Source: Euryarchaeota archaeon UBA23
GTDB lineage: Archaea; Thermoplasmatota; Poseidoniia; Poseidoniales; Thalassarchaeaceae
DNA length: 64,000 nucleotides
Assembly: GCA_002498725.1 (NCBI GenBank)
Contig: DAIJ01000032.1
Coordinates: forward strand, 64,705-128,704
Direction: 5' to 3'
The notes under the pieces: model-generated
Seen by the model: only the letters and a program-made list of their open reading frames with translations
Told to the model about the DNA's origin: nothing
Databases searched by the model: none
Shown: positions 23,501-31,085 of the stretch, one piece after another
Layout: each line of letters opens with the position of its first letter
Numbering within the stretch: position 1 is the stretch's first letter
Position numbers and translations under genes: made by a program

Positions 23501-25360
23501 CCAAAGTTCGGCTTCTGGTCGTTCTACAACGAGCCATTCTCCTTCTCCAGAGGGGGGTGGATCAGTTTCATTATCTCCTCCACCACCTCCAGTGTCATCT
23601 CCAAGAAGTGCTGATAAAATCATATTACCATCTATGATTCCGAATCCATATTTTTCATTCCACGTATCGGAAATATCTGGCTCAGATGCCTCGCCTTTAG
23701 GTTCCGAATTTTCTCTCAATAATTCCTTAACTTCGGCAGGATTAAGGTCAAGTCCTTCTTCCTCACTAATTTGCAAAATGATCGCTACAAAACCCGCAAC
23801 CGCAGGACACGCCATACTCGTCCCGCTCTGTTCGGTGTAACTATCTTCGGCAAGTGGTTTTGGTGTACCCGGTAATTGGCTTGTTGAAGCTGCGTGCGCT
23901 GCAGACATAATATCGCTTCCAGGTGCTACCACGTCCGGTTTGAGTTCCTCTTCTCTATCATCATCTCCATCATCTTCTCTTGGGCCAGAGTTAGAGTATG
24001 AAGCGATTAAGTCATCCCCCCTGTCGATGGTGTCTTTATCATCAATAGATCCTACTGTAATTGCTTGGTCTGCGGCTCCAACAGAGGTGACCCTTCTTCT
24101 TCCATCATTTCCAATCGCTGCGACCGGAACTATGCCCGCCTCAGCCGCTTGATTTACTGCTCTAGCGCCGGCTGAAGTGCCATTGTCACCGGGGTCGTCA
24201 CCGTTAGGATCGTCTACTCCACCGAAAGACATAGACATAACTTGGATTCCTATGCTGGAGTCGTTGTTACCCCAGTCGGTATCAACATTCGCTACTACCC
24301 AATTTATACCTTTCAGGGTGCCTGCGGAGTTATCCCCGCCACTAGTAGTGCCACCAGTATCAGTCATCACCTTTACGTCTACAAGATAGGCACCTGGAGC
24401 ATAGCCTTGGTTGATACGACGGGAGTCTCCTGTTCCAAGGGCGATTCCAGCAACATGTGTCCCATGCCCATTTCCATCATCAGGGTCGTAAGTACCTTCA
24501 TTGTTACACTCATTTTGATTTAGAGATACAGCATCACACCCTGCAATCCACTTTGGATCTGCTAGGTCATCAGGGTCATTCTCATTGTCATCATTATTAT
24601 CCGAGAAATCGTCTAAGGAGAAGTGTTCGTTATCAACACCTGTGTCTAGAATAGCAATAACGATACCTGAACCGTCGTAACCGAAATCTCTCATAGTTTC
24701 GTCATAGCGGTCTGAATCTCTAACCTTAGAACCACGAGTAGCAGTGTCTAGGTATGGAACAATTAGGTTTTGTTCCTCAACCATAACAACTCCATCTAGT
24801 TGCCAAATCTCAATCAGAGCACTAACAGGTACGTGGTCGAGAACTATGCTATCTAGAATATCCATTTCAAAGAACCAAGATCCTTCTTGCTCCCAACCAT
24901 GAGATTCGAGAACTTCTCTTAGAGCAGCTATGTCACTAGGGCCAGGGTGCCAAGCATAATCGACAACAATTGCGACCGTAGGTCTACCATCTAAGCCAAT
25001 TATTGCTGTGGATGAGACGGATTCACGCTGGCCAGCAATGATTCTTTGCAACCGATCATCCATACCATCGGAATCTAAATCATACCAATATCCGAACCAC
25101 CAGCCCTCTTCCTCTACTGGGAATCCTGCATCAAATGGTTGATTTTTTGAACTCCTATCAGTTAGTGGACAAATTTCTCCATCGCACATTAAAGGAGGGG
25201 GCCATGAAGCATCTCGAACAAATGTCTCTGCAAGACTTTCAGAGTCTTCGATAATCATGTCCTCAGAGTTCGTTACTGCAGATGCTGCTACGCTAAAATC
25301 AAACATAAGAAGCATCACTGAAATCAGCAAAACTTGACGGTTCATCTGAGTAACTGGCAT
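20528..25360 (-). CDS. giant surface S8 subtilisin-like serine protease with CARDB/PKD-like repeats, C-terminal TM anchor and cytoplasmic C-terminal zinc ribbon
   Basis: 1610 aa with signal peptide. Catalytic triad motifs IAILDTGVD, HGTHVAGIALG and GTSMACPAVAG. CARDB-like repeats (NNGDEAASNVLIYLLEDG, DNLGSTKAENVEAKLFLD). TM helix ILLGGVAITILLLCTIFLGVL followed by an RRRR stop-transfer signal. Tail ends CPNCSSRFEVKSNLKSTRCPICAQKINL. Confidence 0.85.
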   Translation of the reverse strand: MPVTQMNRQVLLISVMLLMFDFSVAASAVTNSEDMIIEDSESLAETFVRDASWPPPLMCDGEICPLTDRSSKNQPFDAGFPVEEEGWWFGYWYDLDSDGMDDRLQRIIAGQRESVSSTAIIGLDGRPTVAIVVDYAWHPGPSDIAALREVLESHGWEQEGSWFFEMDILDSIVLDHVPVSALIEIWQLDGVVMVEEQNLIVPYLDTATRGSKVRDSDRYDETMRDFGYDGSGIVIAILDTGVDNEHFSLDDFSDNNDDNENDPDDLADPKWIAGCDAVSLNQNECNNEGTYDPDDGNGHGTHVAGIALGTGDSRRINQGYAPGAYLVDVKVMTDTGGTTSGGDNSAGTLKGINWVVANVDTDWGNNDSSIGIQVMSMSFGGVDDPNGDDPGDNGTSAGARAVNQAAEAGIVPVAAIGNDGRRRVTSVGAADQAITVGSIDDKDTIDRGDDLIASYSNSGPREDDGDDDREEELKPDVVAPGSDIMSAAHAASTSQLPGTPKPLAEDSYTEQSGTSMACPAVAGFVAIILQISEEEGLDLNPAEVKELLRENSEPKGEASEPDISDTWNEKYGFGIIDGNMILSALLGDDTGGGGGDNETDPPPSGEGEWLVVERPEAELWLVEGETYSVSGIVDEDADQNGTVEEVKAKITYIHKPDNSPTKEETLVDWHKAQGSSNWSTQFTIPDFEEDEINAFQIRIHLQARNEWNQWSETQRQEHDLGRVSISLDSPTGQAPVDGDVRFEGELETVNGGTLQWRVGKDDWVDETVFAGSGGTSSSFSFNWDSTAFPDGTHRVSLRIVSGGQIESEEVRVTLDVDNNEPAPDLAFRSGISVSEWGVPLPEAYVNSFVDVSAEVRNNGDEAASNVLIYLLEDGIRKYELTIPSIDSGDIVEVTLYWNPLNVGSRSISLALDPSNSIMENDETNNDITTVFEILPRPEGIDLSFSQGSISTNPSIPRPMEQFQISARIDNLGSTKAENVEAKLFLDTEIGWELTSSTVIPQISGSGSEIVTFGLDAGLITEEDTGSFRFRITLEGQGISDLDWSNNQIEWSTLIDKTTVSGSRALNFQSGEFPVDIIWLEGEGIAVTSRDGGLSLYRINSNRGITPCTNMLETTWSGDFAASTTDDGMSHIVWTRRYQDTNGYLQQTVSYSTIDASCQMTPIQDLMDPMLLSDGKYWGIDIDVEDAEILVGGYHRDLLTDGSYQDLTSIFVLQADAPTSSNDWKLTPNVISDIDVVQGQTDPIQIEFGEDYGHILFQSMRNDTSGIDRLGLWYAHGDLDLSSWTYKKAVGDEASLSQMKVHSIDGEDLLTVGWREGKELDTKFIVKVVDDTFTTIENLSTNIEAIGMSNLIFLETERGVQVIHDMVGPNGPQIHYGMIDSEDQWMAISNRISDGWIHSVSRTPDGEDTVMIHTSSQGWAIRALIDDARKDSGASDIIEQLRFTLGLDEDSFNILLGGVAITILLLCTIFLGVLSSRAIGWIGSRRRRVSNATVILEEDVVEVVDESDLNVEPIDVSSLVEVVEDEQDHGALGRRERREMRANKEIEMDNLEVPIAELINEEISLQMPPPIAPISSSMNRPVICPNCSSRFEVKSNLKSTRCPICAQKINL

Positions 25361-25379
25361 GGCTCTGCAAGCAGAGCCA
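25360..25379 (-). promoter_or_regulatory. 9-bp-stem hairpin (TGGCTCTGC-AAG-CAGAGCCA) abutting the subtilase ATG, 50 nt downstream of the rhomboid stop
   Basis: Perfect inverted repeat read directly. On the minus-strand mRNA it occupies the 20 nt immediately 5-prime of, and including the A of, the subtilase start codon. Confidence 0.4.
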
Positions 25380-25429
25380 GACTCAGACGGGGTATAAGGA
25401 GAACCCGTAAAGGTGCTAATATGACGCCA

Positions 25430-26458
25430 TCATGGCCAGTTAAGATGGTTTTTCGAGAGTGAACATTTCAGAGTATAATTTTCTCCTTTTCCTAATGCAA
25501 ATACCTCTCCTTTACAAACAGGACAAATCACTTGCTCCGCTAACTCTTCTAACCATGCTCTACGAGTTTCTAATTCATCTCCTTCTTCTCTTAATTTTTT
25601 CATTATTCGCGCAGCATCTCCCTCAAGAGTTAGGCCTGCTTCAGTCCAAGGATCTGAATTTAGATCACCCATACGAGCCTTTGCGGCGTCTCTTGTAGCA
25701 TTTGATAATGAAGAACCAGCAACAGTTACATCTCCGGTTTCATCTAGAGATGAAGGTGCTCCTTTAGCAATTGTTCTAGCAAGGGCCCATGCCAACATGA
25801 ACCCTCCTATGTGGGCTAAATGTGCAACGTTTGAGAACCCGCCTCCTTCTATTTCAGATGCATAATATACCTCTAAACCTAGTCTAAATGCTGCAATCAT
25901 CCATACCGGCCAAGCGCGTATAAAAAACAGTAATGGAAATTCTATTTTGTCATTTGGCCAACAGGCCATGTATGCTCCAAGTATACCAAATGCTGCACCC
26001 GAAGCACCTATTGCTGGGGTGTAAGAATCGGGATGGGTAATGATCCAAGTCATATTTCCGCCTAGAAGGCCAATAAAGTAAATCAGCATCCATCTTTTTC
26101 CTCCCATGCGTTGTTCAAGTGGGACTCCAGCAAGTGCGATAACCAGTATATTTCCAAGAACATGTATCCAATCTGCGTGTAACCAACCGGCTGAAATCAT
26201 TCTATATCCGTTATATGGATCTGATAGGGCTGGTATTACACTCAGAAATGTGATCATATTGAAATCAAATAATCCCATATCTACAACCATTTGATAAAAG
26301 GTAATTAGTAGTAACGATAGAACTGTTGCCAATGCTAGACTTGTCTTTTGCTTTAATGCTACAATATATGGCAAAATTGCAATTAAAATGAATATACTTA
26401 GAGCCAACCAGTCGGTACTGTTCAAGTCGCTCCAAGTGACTTCAAAGGCTTCGCTCAT
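25430..26458 (-). CDS. rhomboid-family intramembrane serine protease with C-terminal cytoplasmic extension ending in a zinc ribbon
   Basis: 342 aa. Rhomboid core with GASGAAFGILGAY (catalytic Ser) and AHIGGFMLAW (catalytic His). A roughly 110-aa C-terminal extension ends CPVCKGEVFALGKGENYTLKCSLSKNH. Confidence 0.8.
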   Translation of the reverse strand: MSEAFEVTWSDLNSTDWLALSIFILIAILPYIVALKQKTSLALATVLSLLLITFYQMVVDMGLFDFNMITFLSVIPALSDPYNGYRMISAGWLHADWIHVLGNILVIALAGVPLEQRMGGKRWMLIYFIGLLGGNMTWIITHPDSYTPAIGASGAAFGILGAYMACWPNDKIEFPLLFFIRAWPVWMIAAFRLGLEVYYASEIEGGGFSNVAHLAHIGGFMLAWALARTIAKGAPSSLDETGDVTVAGSSLSNATRDAAKARMGDLNSDPWTEAGLTLEGDAARIMKKLREEGDELETRRAWLEELAEQVICPVCKGEVFALGKGENYTLKCSLSKNHLNWP

Positions 26459-26477
26459 GACCTTCCTCAGCAGTTCA

Positions 26478-26484
26478 CATAGGG
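26478..26484. promoter_or_regulatory. CATAGGG element in the 47-nt divergent rhomboid / ccmAB intergenic region (putative shared TATA-like core)
   Basis: ATAGGG sits 27 nt upstream of the ccmAB ATG (26506) and about 22 nt from the rhomboid ATG on the other strand. The same YATAGGG element occurs 25-27 nt upstream of two other start codons: csl4 (34814, 27 nt before ATG 34841) and the Trx-adhesin gene (53231, 25 nt before ATG 53256). Confidence 0.3.
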
Positions 26485-26505
26485 TAAGAGTGCATAGGCG
26501 CTTCG

Positions 26506-27978
26506 ATGGAATTACTCAAACGCGCATCACTAGTGGGGGTTGTTATGAGCGCGCGAAGGCTTCTCTCTGCTAGGGGTCTAAACGTCAGCCGTGGCACTAG
26601 AATTGTTCTATCTGGAATTGATTTTAATTTAGTAGAAGGAGAAATAGTTGCACTCATTGGAGAAAATGGTTCAGGAAAGTCTACACTGTTGGAAACTCTG
26701 GCTGGTCTTCACCCTATGAGTTCTGGTTATGTAAAACGTCATGATTTAGGAGAACCCAAGTTGATCAGAGACTCGGAAGGTTCGCGTGGGAATATTGCTG
26801 GATTTGGGTTGACTCTACAAAGTGATGGAATATGTGGGGAAGAGACTGTGAAGGAGAGGATAGATTCCGCATTGAAAATTTCAGGAGTTATCGCTTCTGA
26901 CGATGATATTGAATCAATATTATCACAGTGGGGTCTTGAACATCGTGCTAAAGATAACGTTTCACAACTTTCTGACGGACTTAGAAGACGCGTTGCTGTT
27001 TTGGCTGGATTAATGCCAGCAGCAATGCAATCAGAACCAACCGTAGTTCTCCTTGATGAACCATCGGAAGGTCTTGATAAGGCATCTCGGGATCTATTAG
27101 CAACATGGTTGCGAGCCCTTTCATTAAGAGGAAATTCAATTGTGATTGCAACTCATGATTCTCAAATGATTTCAGTTGCAGATAGATTACTATCATTTGA
27201 CTCAAATGGAAGTCTCAACAGTTCACAAGGTGAATCTTTAGGAGAGATATCAATTCTCCCCTCTCCTGCTAAAAAATTTGACGCATCAAGATTTTTTGAA
27301 TTTATTAACTGGTCTTGGCGAATGGAAAAAAGAAATCCAATAGATACCGTTGGTCGAGCAACACCCGCACTTGTTGCCATGTTACTTGCATTCACTTTAG
27401 TTGGGCAAATCGACATACCTCAAACATCTTCTTTGAGCACACATGTTGGAAACGATTTGATTGCCGGTTTAGTTCTGGCTCCGGCTTTCATAACAGCAAT
27501 TGTTGCCCCGGCGCTAATCAAACGTCTTGCAGAAGAGAGAGCAGGAGATTGGTGGAGGGCGATGACTGGTGCCAATTCACGAGCAATGTTCTCAATTGGA
27601 GGGGCTTCGTTTATTCTACCTATTCCAATAATGTATCTTTCTTGGTTTGTAATTGCCGGCGATATTGATTCTAGTACAAATGATGAAGTGTTGAAGTGGC
27701 TTTGGCTTCCTGCGCTCTCAGTTATTGATATCAGTGCTGCAGCGGCTGCTTTACATCTTATGGTTTCTGATTTGAATAGATCAAGTGCTGCTGCTGGTTC
27801 ATTATTACTGTTAGTTCTAATTTGGCCTTTTCTCGAATTGACTAGTGCTTTATCAACAATAATGGAATCTGGAATGACCTTTGAGTTGTCGATTGGCGAA
27901 CCACTTTCTGATATTTTGATATCAAGTTTCTCTGCAATTTTAGTTTGGGGTGTTGCAGTAATTATTCCTGAGGATTAA
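26506..27978 (+). CDS. heme-exporter-type ABC transporter, fused ATPase (CcmA-like) and permease (CcmB-like)
   Basis: 490 aa. Walker A GENGSGKSTLLETLAGL, signature LSDGLRRRVAVL, Walker B VVLLDEPSEGLD, then a 6-TM domain of about 240 aa. Alternative start MSARRLL at 26545. Gene context: ccmC and a ccmD-like gene follow. Confidence 0.55.
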   Translation: MELLKRASLVGVVMSARRLLSARGLNVSRGTRIVLSGIDFNLVEGEIVALIGENGSGKSTLLETLAGLHPMSSGYVKRHDLGEPKLIRDSEGSRGNIAGFGLTLQSDGICGEETVKERIDSALKISGVIASDDDIESILSQWGLEHRAKDNVSQLSDGLRRRVAVLAGLMPAAMQSEPTVVLLDEPSEGLDKASRDLLATWLRALSLRGNSIVIATHDSQMISVADRLLSFDSNGSLNSSQGESLGEISILPSPAKKFDASRFFEFINWSWRMEKRNPIDTVGRATPALVAMLLAFTLVGQIDIPQTSSLSTHVGNDLIAGLVLAPAFITAIVAPALIKRLAEERAGDWWRAMTGANSRAMFSIGGASFILPIPIMYLSWFVIAGDIDSSTNDEVLKWLWLPALSVIDISAAAAALHLMVSDLNRSSAAAGSLLLLVLIWPFLELTSALSTIMESGMTFELSIGEPLSDILISSFSAILVWGVAVIIPED

Positions 27979-28017
27979 GGGGATGGTTTCTTCACCCAAC
28001 GGTCTGAGGGATAAGCA

Positions 28018-28731
28018 ATGGGAAGTCGAGAGTCACTCGGAACAATCTTGACTATTTCGGGACTTAGTATTGCAAGTATGACCGCTTTGTATGCTTTATT
28101 TGAGGCTCCTTCTGTATCTGGTGGCTGGGAAGCACCAGAAGCTTATCGAATATTGTATTTTCATGCCCCTTTTGCTTGGTTATCTTTCATTTCATTTACA
28201 TTACTATTCATTGGTTCAATAATGTGGTACACAAAGCGTAGTGAAAAGGGTTGGATATGGTTTCAGACTGCATCTGATCTAGGCTTGATATTTGGATTAG
28301 GCGTAATCACTTCAGGTCCTATATGGGGGTCGGTTGAATGGGGTACTCCATGGGATTGGGGTGATCTGCGTCTCAATACATTTGGTCTTCTAACTGCAGT
28401 TGCGATGTTTCTTGTATTATCAAGACGTTCGCAGCCGGATACTTCTGCAACTAGAGACACATTATCTTCAGTTGGCCTGTTCGGTTTTGCACTAGTACCA
28501 ATTTCTGCACTTGCAACAACTTGGTATCAAAAGAGACACCCTGAGGTATTAATTACAGGAAGTGAAGATGGAAGTGCAGGAATGGATGATGAAATAAGAA
28601 TTGTCCTCATCTTATCATTTTTAATTCTCAATATATTATTTGCAGGATTTGTAATTCTTTCTAATCATCGTTATCTCCTTGCCTCGAAATTAGAGATACT
28701 AAAGTCGGAACTTGATGAGGGGTTGATTTAA
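28018..28731 (+). CDS. ccmC: cytochrome c-type biogenesis heme exporter CcmC-like (WWD domain)
   Basis: 237 aa, multi-TM. Tryptophan-rich motif GPIWGSVEWGTPWDWGDLRLNT matches the CcmC/CcmF/CcsA WWD motif. Conserved His in YFHAPFAW. Confidence 0.7.
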   Translation: MGSRESLGTILTISGLSIASMTALYALFEAPSVSGGWEAPEAYRILYFHAPFAWLSFISFTLLFIGSIMWYTKRSEKGWIWFQTASDLGLIFGLGVITSGPIWGSVEWGTPWDWGDLRLNTFGLLTAVAMFLVLSRRSQPDTSATRDTLSSVGLFGFALVPISALATTWYQKRHPEVLITGSEDGSAGMDDEIRIVLILSFLILNILFAGFVILSNHRYLLASKLEILKSELDEGLI

Positions 28732-28877
28732 TGACTGGGATAATGGAAGCATATGTTGCTTACAGCATTATGCTTGGATTATTATTTTATCATGCTAAAA
28801 CACTTTTTAGTGAAATTAAATCTCTGGAATTAGAACTCGAAGAACTAGATTCTTCGTCTTCAAAAGAAGAGGATTAG
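28731..28877 (+). CDS. CcmD-like small single-TM protein (48 aa)
   Basis: ATG overlaps the ccmC stop (TAATG). Translation is MTGIMEAYVAYSIMLGLLFYHAKTLFSEIKSLELELEELDSSSSKEED. Missing from the ORF track (under 60 aa). Assignment rests on size, topology and position. Confidence 0.35.
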   Translation: MTGIMEAYVAYSIMLGLLFYHAKTLFSEIKSLELELEELDSSSSKEED

Positions 28878-28972
28878 TACTATTCGTAATCGTCATCGGC
28901 CCCTCCTAGGGGGTCGAATTTCACATCCAACCGGTTCGGGAACCATTCAAACGGAAGACATTAGCCGAATGT

Positions 28973-30037
28973 TTGAGGGATTGTATGGATGGGACGGCAT
29001 TCTGCATAGCTTGCGGTTCTCCTCCCCCTCTCACCAGCACTCGTCTTTGTGAATCTTGTTTGCGTAGTAGAACTAAATTTTCTACGTTGCCAGAAAGAGT
29101 ACAACAACATAGATGCGCCAAGTGTTCAATGTATGAGGTAGAAAAGCGCTGGGTAAATATTGGAGAAGAGGAATTAGGTGAACTAAGAGTCCGGGAAAAT
29201 CTTGAGCTAATTGATGGATCAGTTGGCGTAAAGGTAGACTTACAATATCAACCAATTGATGAAAGAACATCTAGGATTTATGTGACTGTTTCGGGGGATC
29301 TAGAAGGTTATGAGTTCCATGATGATCATGAAATTCTTTTACAGACAAGTAATGCTGTTTGTCAATCCTGTACACGTAAGGCAGGAGCTTATTTTGAAGC
29401 AACAATGCAGCTAAGAAGCGCAGGACGTAGACTTACTGATAATGAACTAAAGAACCTCAGAGGAACTTTAGATGAGATATTAAATGAATTAGAATCAGAT
29501 CCTATGTTTTTTGTTACAAAGGAAGGTCCAGTTACAGGTGGATGGGATCTTCAATTAGGTTCCAAGTCTCTAGCAAGAACATGGGCTAGGAAGTTGGTGA
29601 AAAGATTTGGTGGTACGGTAAAGGAGACCTCCACATTAGTAGGTATGCGCGAAGGTACAGAAGTCACTCGTCTAACTTTATCTTATAGGAAACCTGCTTA
29701 TGATCTAGGAGACGTTATACGTCTTAAGAAAAATGATTGGATAGTTAATTCTTGGCAGAAAGATGGCCCGACCTTAAGGAGTATAAAGCAAAACCAACGA
29801 ATTGGCGTTACTTGGAGAGATATGGAAAAGGCGACAGTAAAATGTTCATTATCTGATCAGATAGTTATAGATATACTCAATCTTGATAGCTCAGGAGCGG
29901 AAGTAATGGACCCGTCAGATTACAAAGTGGTCACTGTAGCAATCCCCTATGATCATGATCGATCATGCTCTAGTCTTCGCATTGCCTTCATAGATGACAC
30001 TTGGATTGCATTACCAGGACATAGGGGGGTGGAATGA
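28973..30037 (+). CDS. NMD3-like ribosomal large-subunit biogenesis/export factor homologue
   Basis: 354 aa. N-terminal Cys clusters (CIACGS...CESCLRS...CAKCS...CQSCTRK) followed by an AYFEATMQLR-type motif as in NMD3 family proteins. Confidence 0.5.
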   Translation: MRDCMDGTAFCIACGSPPPLTSTRLCESCLRSRTKFSTLPERVQQHRCAKCSMYEVEKRWVNIGEEELGELRVRENLELIDGSVGVKVDLQYQPIDERTSRIYVTVSGDLEGYEFHDDHEILLQTSNAVCQSCTRKAGAYFEATMQLRSAGRRLTDNELKNLRGTLDEILNELESDPMFFVTKEGPVTGGWDLQLGSKSLARTWARKLVKRFGGTVKETSTLVGMREGTEVTRLTLSYRKPAYDLGDVIRLKKNDWIVNSWQKDGPTLRSIKQNQRIGVTWRDMEKATVKCSLSDQIVIDILNLDSSGAEVMDPSDYKVVTVAIPYDHDRSCSSLRIAFIDDTWIALPGHRGVE

Positions 30038-30038
30038 G

Positions 30039-31085
30039 ATGGCAGACCCAGATTTTGCTAGTTTATTTGAAAAATATGACAAATCGAATATGATAGGTTT
30101 CACTCGTAATTTCGTTGAAGATCTAAATGTTGCTTTTGCCCAAGATTTAGATTTGGAAATAGATAGAGATTGGAGTGGAATACTTTGTCTGGGTATGGGA
30201 GGATCTGCCGCAGGAGGTATGTTCTTATCTTCTCTTGCTGAAAATTCTGGAGGTCTACCTTTTGTTATTTGGCAGGACTATGGCCTACCCTCATGGTGGG
30301 GGCCTGATTGGCTAATCTTAGCAACTTCATATTCAGGTAACACTGAAGAAACACTTGATGGAGTTAGAACTGCACTTGAGGAAGGAGGTATTGTGATTGG
30401 AATTTCATCAGGAGGGAAATTGGAAGAAATACTTACTGATAGCGAAGATGGTTTGTGTCTAAGCATACCTTCCGGGCAGATGCCACGTTCTGCATTTGGG
30501 CACATTTTTGGCACTCAACTTGCAGTATGTTGGTCTTTAGGAATCCTCTCAAGACCTTCTGATGAAAATTTAGAGAATATGAATAATAGGTTACTGTCAG
30601 CTTCTAAATCAGCCGATATAATAGAGGGAGATGGACATCTTTCATCTATGGTGGCGGGAATGAAGAGTCAAGGAATTGGAATTGTTTCTGCAGGAGAAAT
30701 GAAACCTGCGGGAATTCGTTTAGCCAATCAAATAAACGAGAATTCTGAGAGATTTGCTAGGCCTGTAACTCTACCCGAAATGAATCATAATGAAATTATT
30801 CCTTGGGCAAGACATGCAGAAAGTCAAAATTTGATTTATCTTGCTAGTCCATTTACAAATAATCGCACAGTTTCTCGTATTGAATGGATGATGAAGAATA
30901 TAGAAGTAACCAATTCATGGCTTGTTGAGTGCGAAGGTGAAAGTTTGCTAGAGAGTCTTCTCTATGCTGCTCACATGTCAGATTGGATTTCCATAGCCCT
31001 CGCATTGATTAATGAAATAGATCCTTCTCAAATGGATGCTATAATTGGATTGAAGGATTATTTATCAAAAGTCTCTAGTAAATAG
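30039..31085 (+). CDS. bifunctional phosphoglucose/phosphomannose isomerase (archaeal SIS-domain PGI/PMI)
   Basis: SIS motif GMGGSAAGG, and a second half typical of the PGI/PMI family. The track ORF starts at 29994 and overlaps the upstream gene; the ATG at 30039 (MADPDF) is the likely start. Confidence 0.55.
   Translation: MADPDFASLFEKYDKSNMIGFTRNFVEDLNVAFAQDLDLEIDRDWSGILCLGMGGSAAGGMFLSSLAENSGGLPFVIWQDYGLPSWWGPDWLILATSYSGNTEETLDGVRTALEEGGIVIGISSGGKLEEILTDSEDGLCLSIPSGQMPRSAFGHIFGTQLAVCWSLGILSRPSDENLENMNNRLLSASKSADIIEGDGHLSSMVAGMKSQGIGIVSAGEMKPAGIRLANQINENSERFARPVTLPEMNHNEIIPWARHAESQNLIYLASPFTNNRTVSRIEWMMKNIEVTNSWLVECEGESLLESLLYAAHMSDWISIALALINEIDPSQMDAIIGLKDYLSKVSSK

Noticed and set aside
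28899-28916. GC-rich mini-hairpin CCCCT-CCT-AGGGG after the ccmD-like gene as an intrinsic terminator
   Set aside because: It has only a 5-bp stem and no convincing downstream T-tract on the transcribed strand. Noted but too weak to call.
29994-30038. 5-prime extension of the PGI/PMI ORF overlapping the NMD3-like gene by 44 nt
   Set aside because: The ATG at 30039 immediately follows the upstream stop and gives a normal N-terminus (MADPDF...); the extension is a track artefact of choosing the longest ORF.
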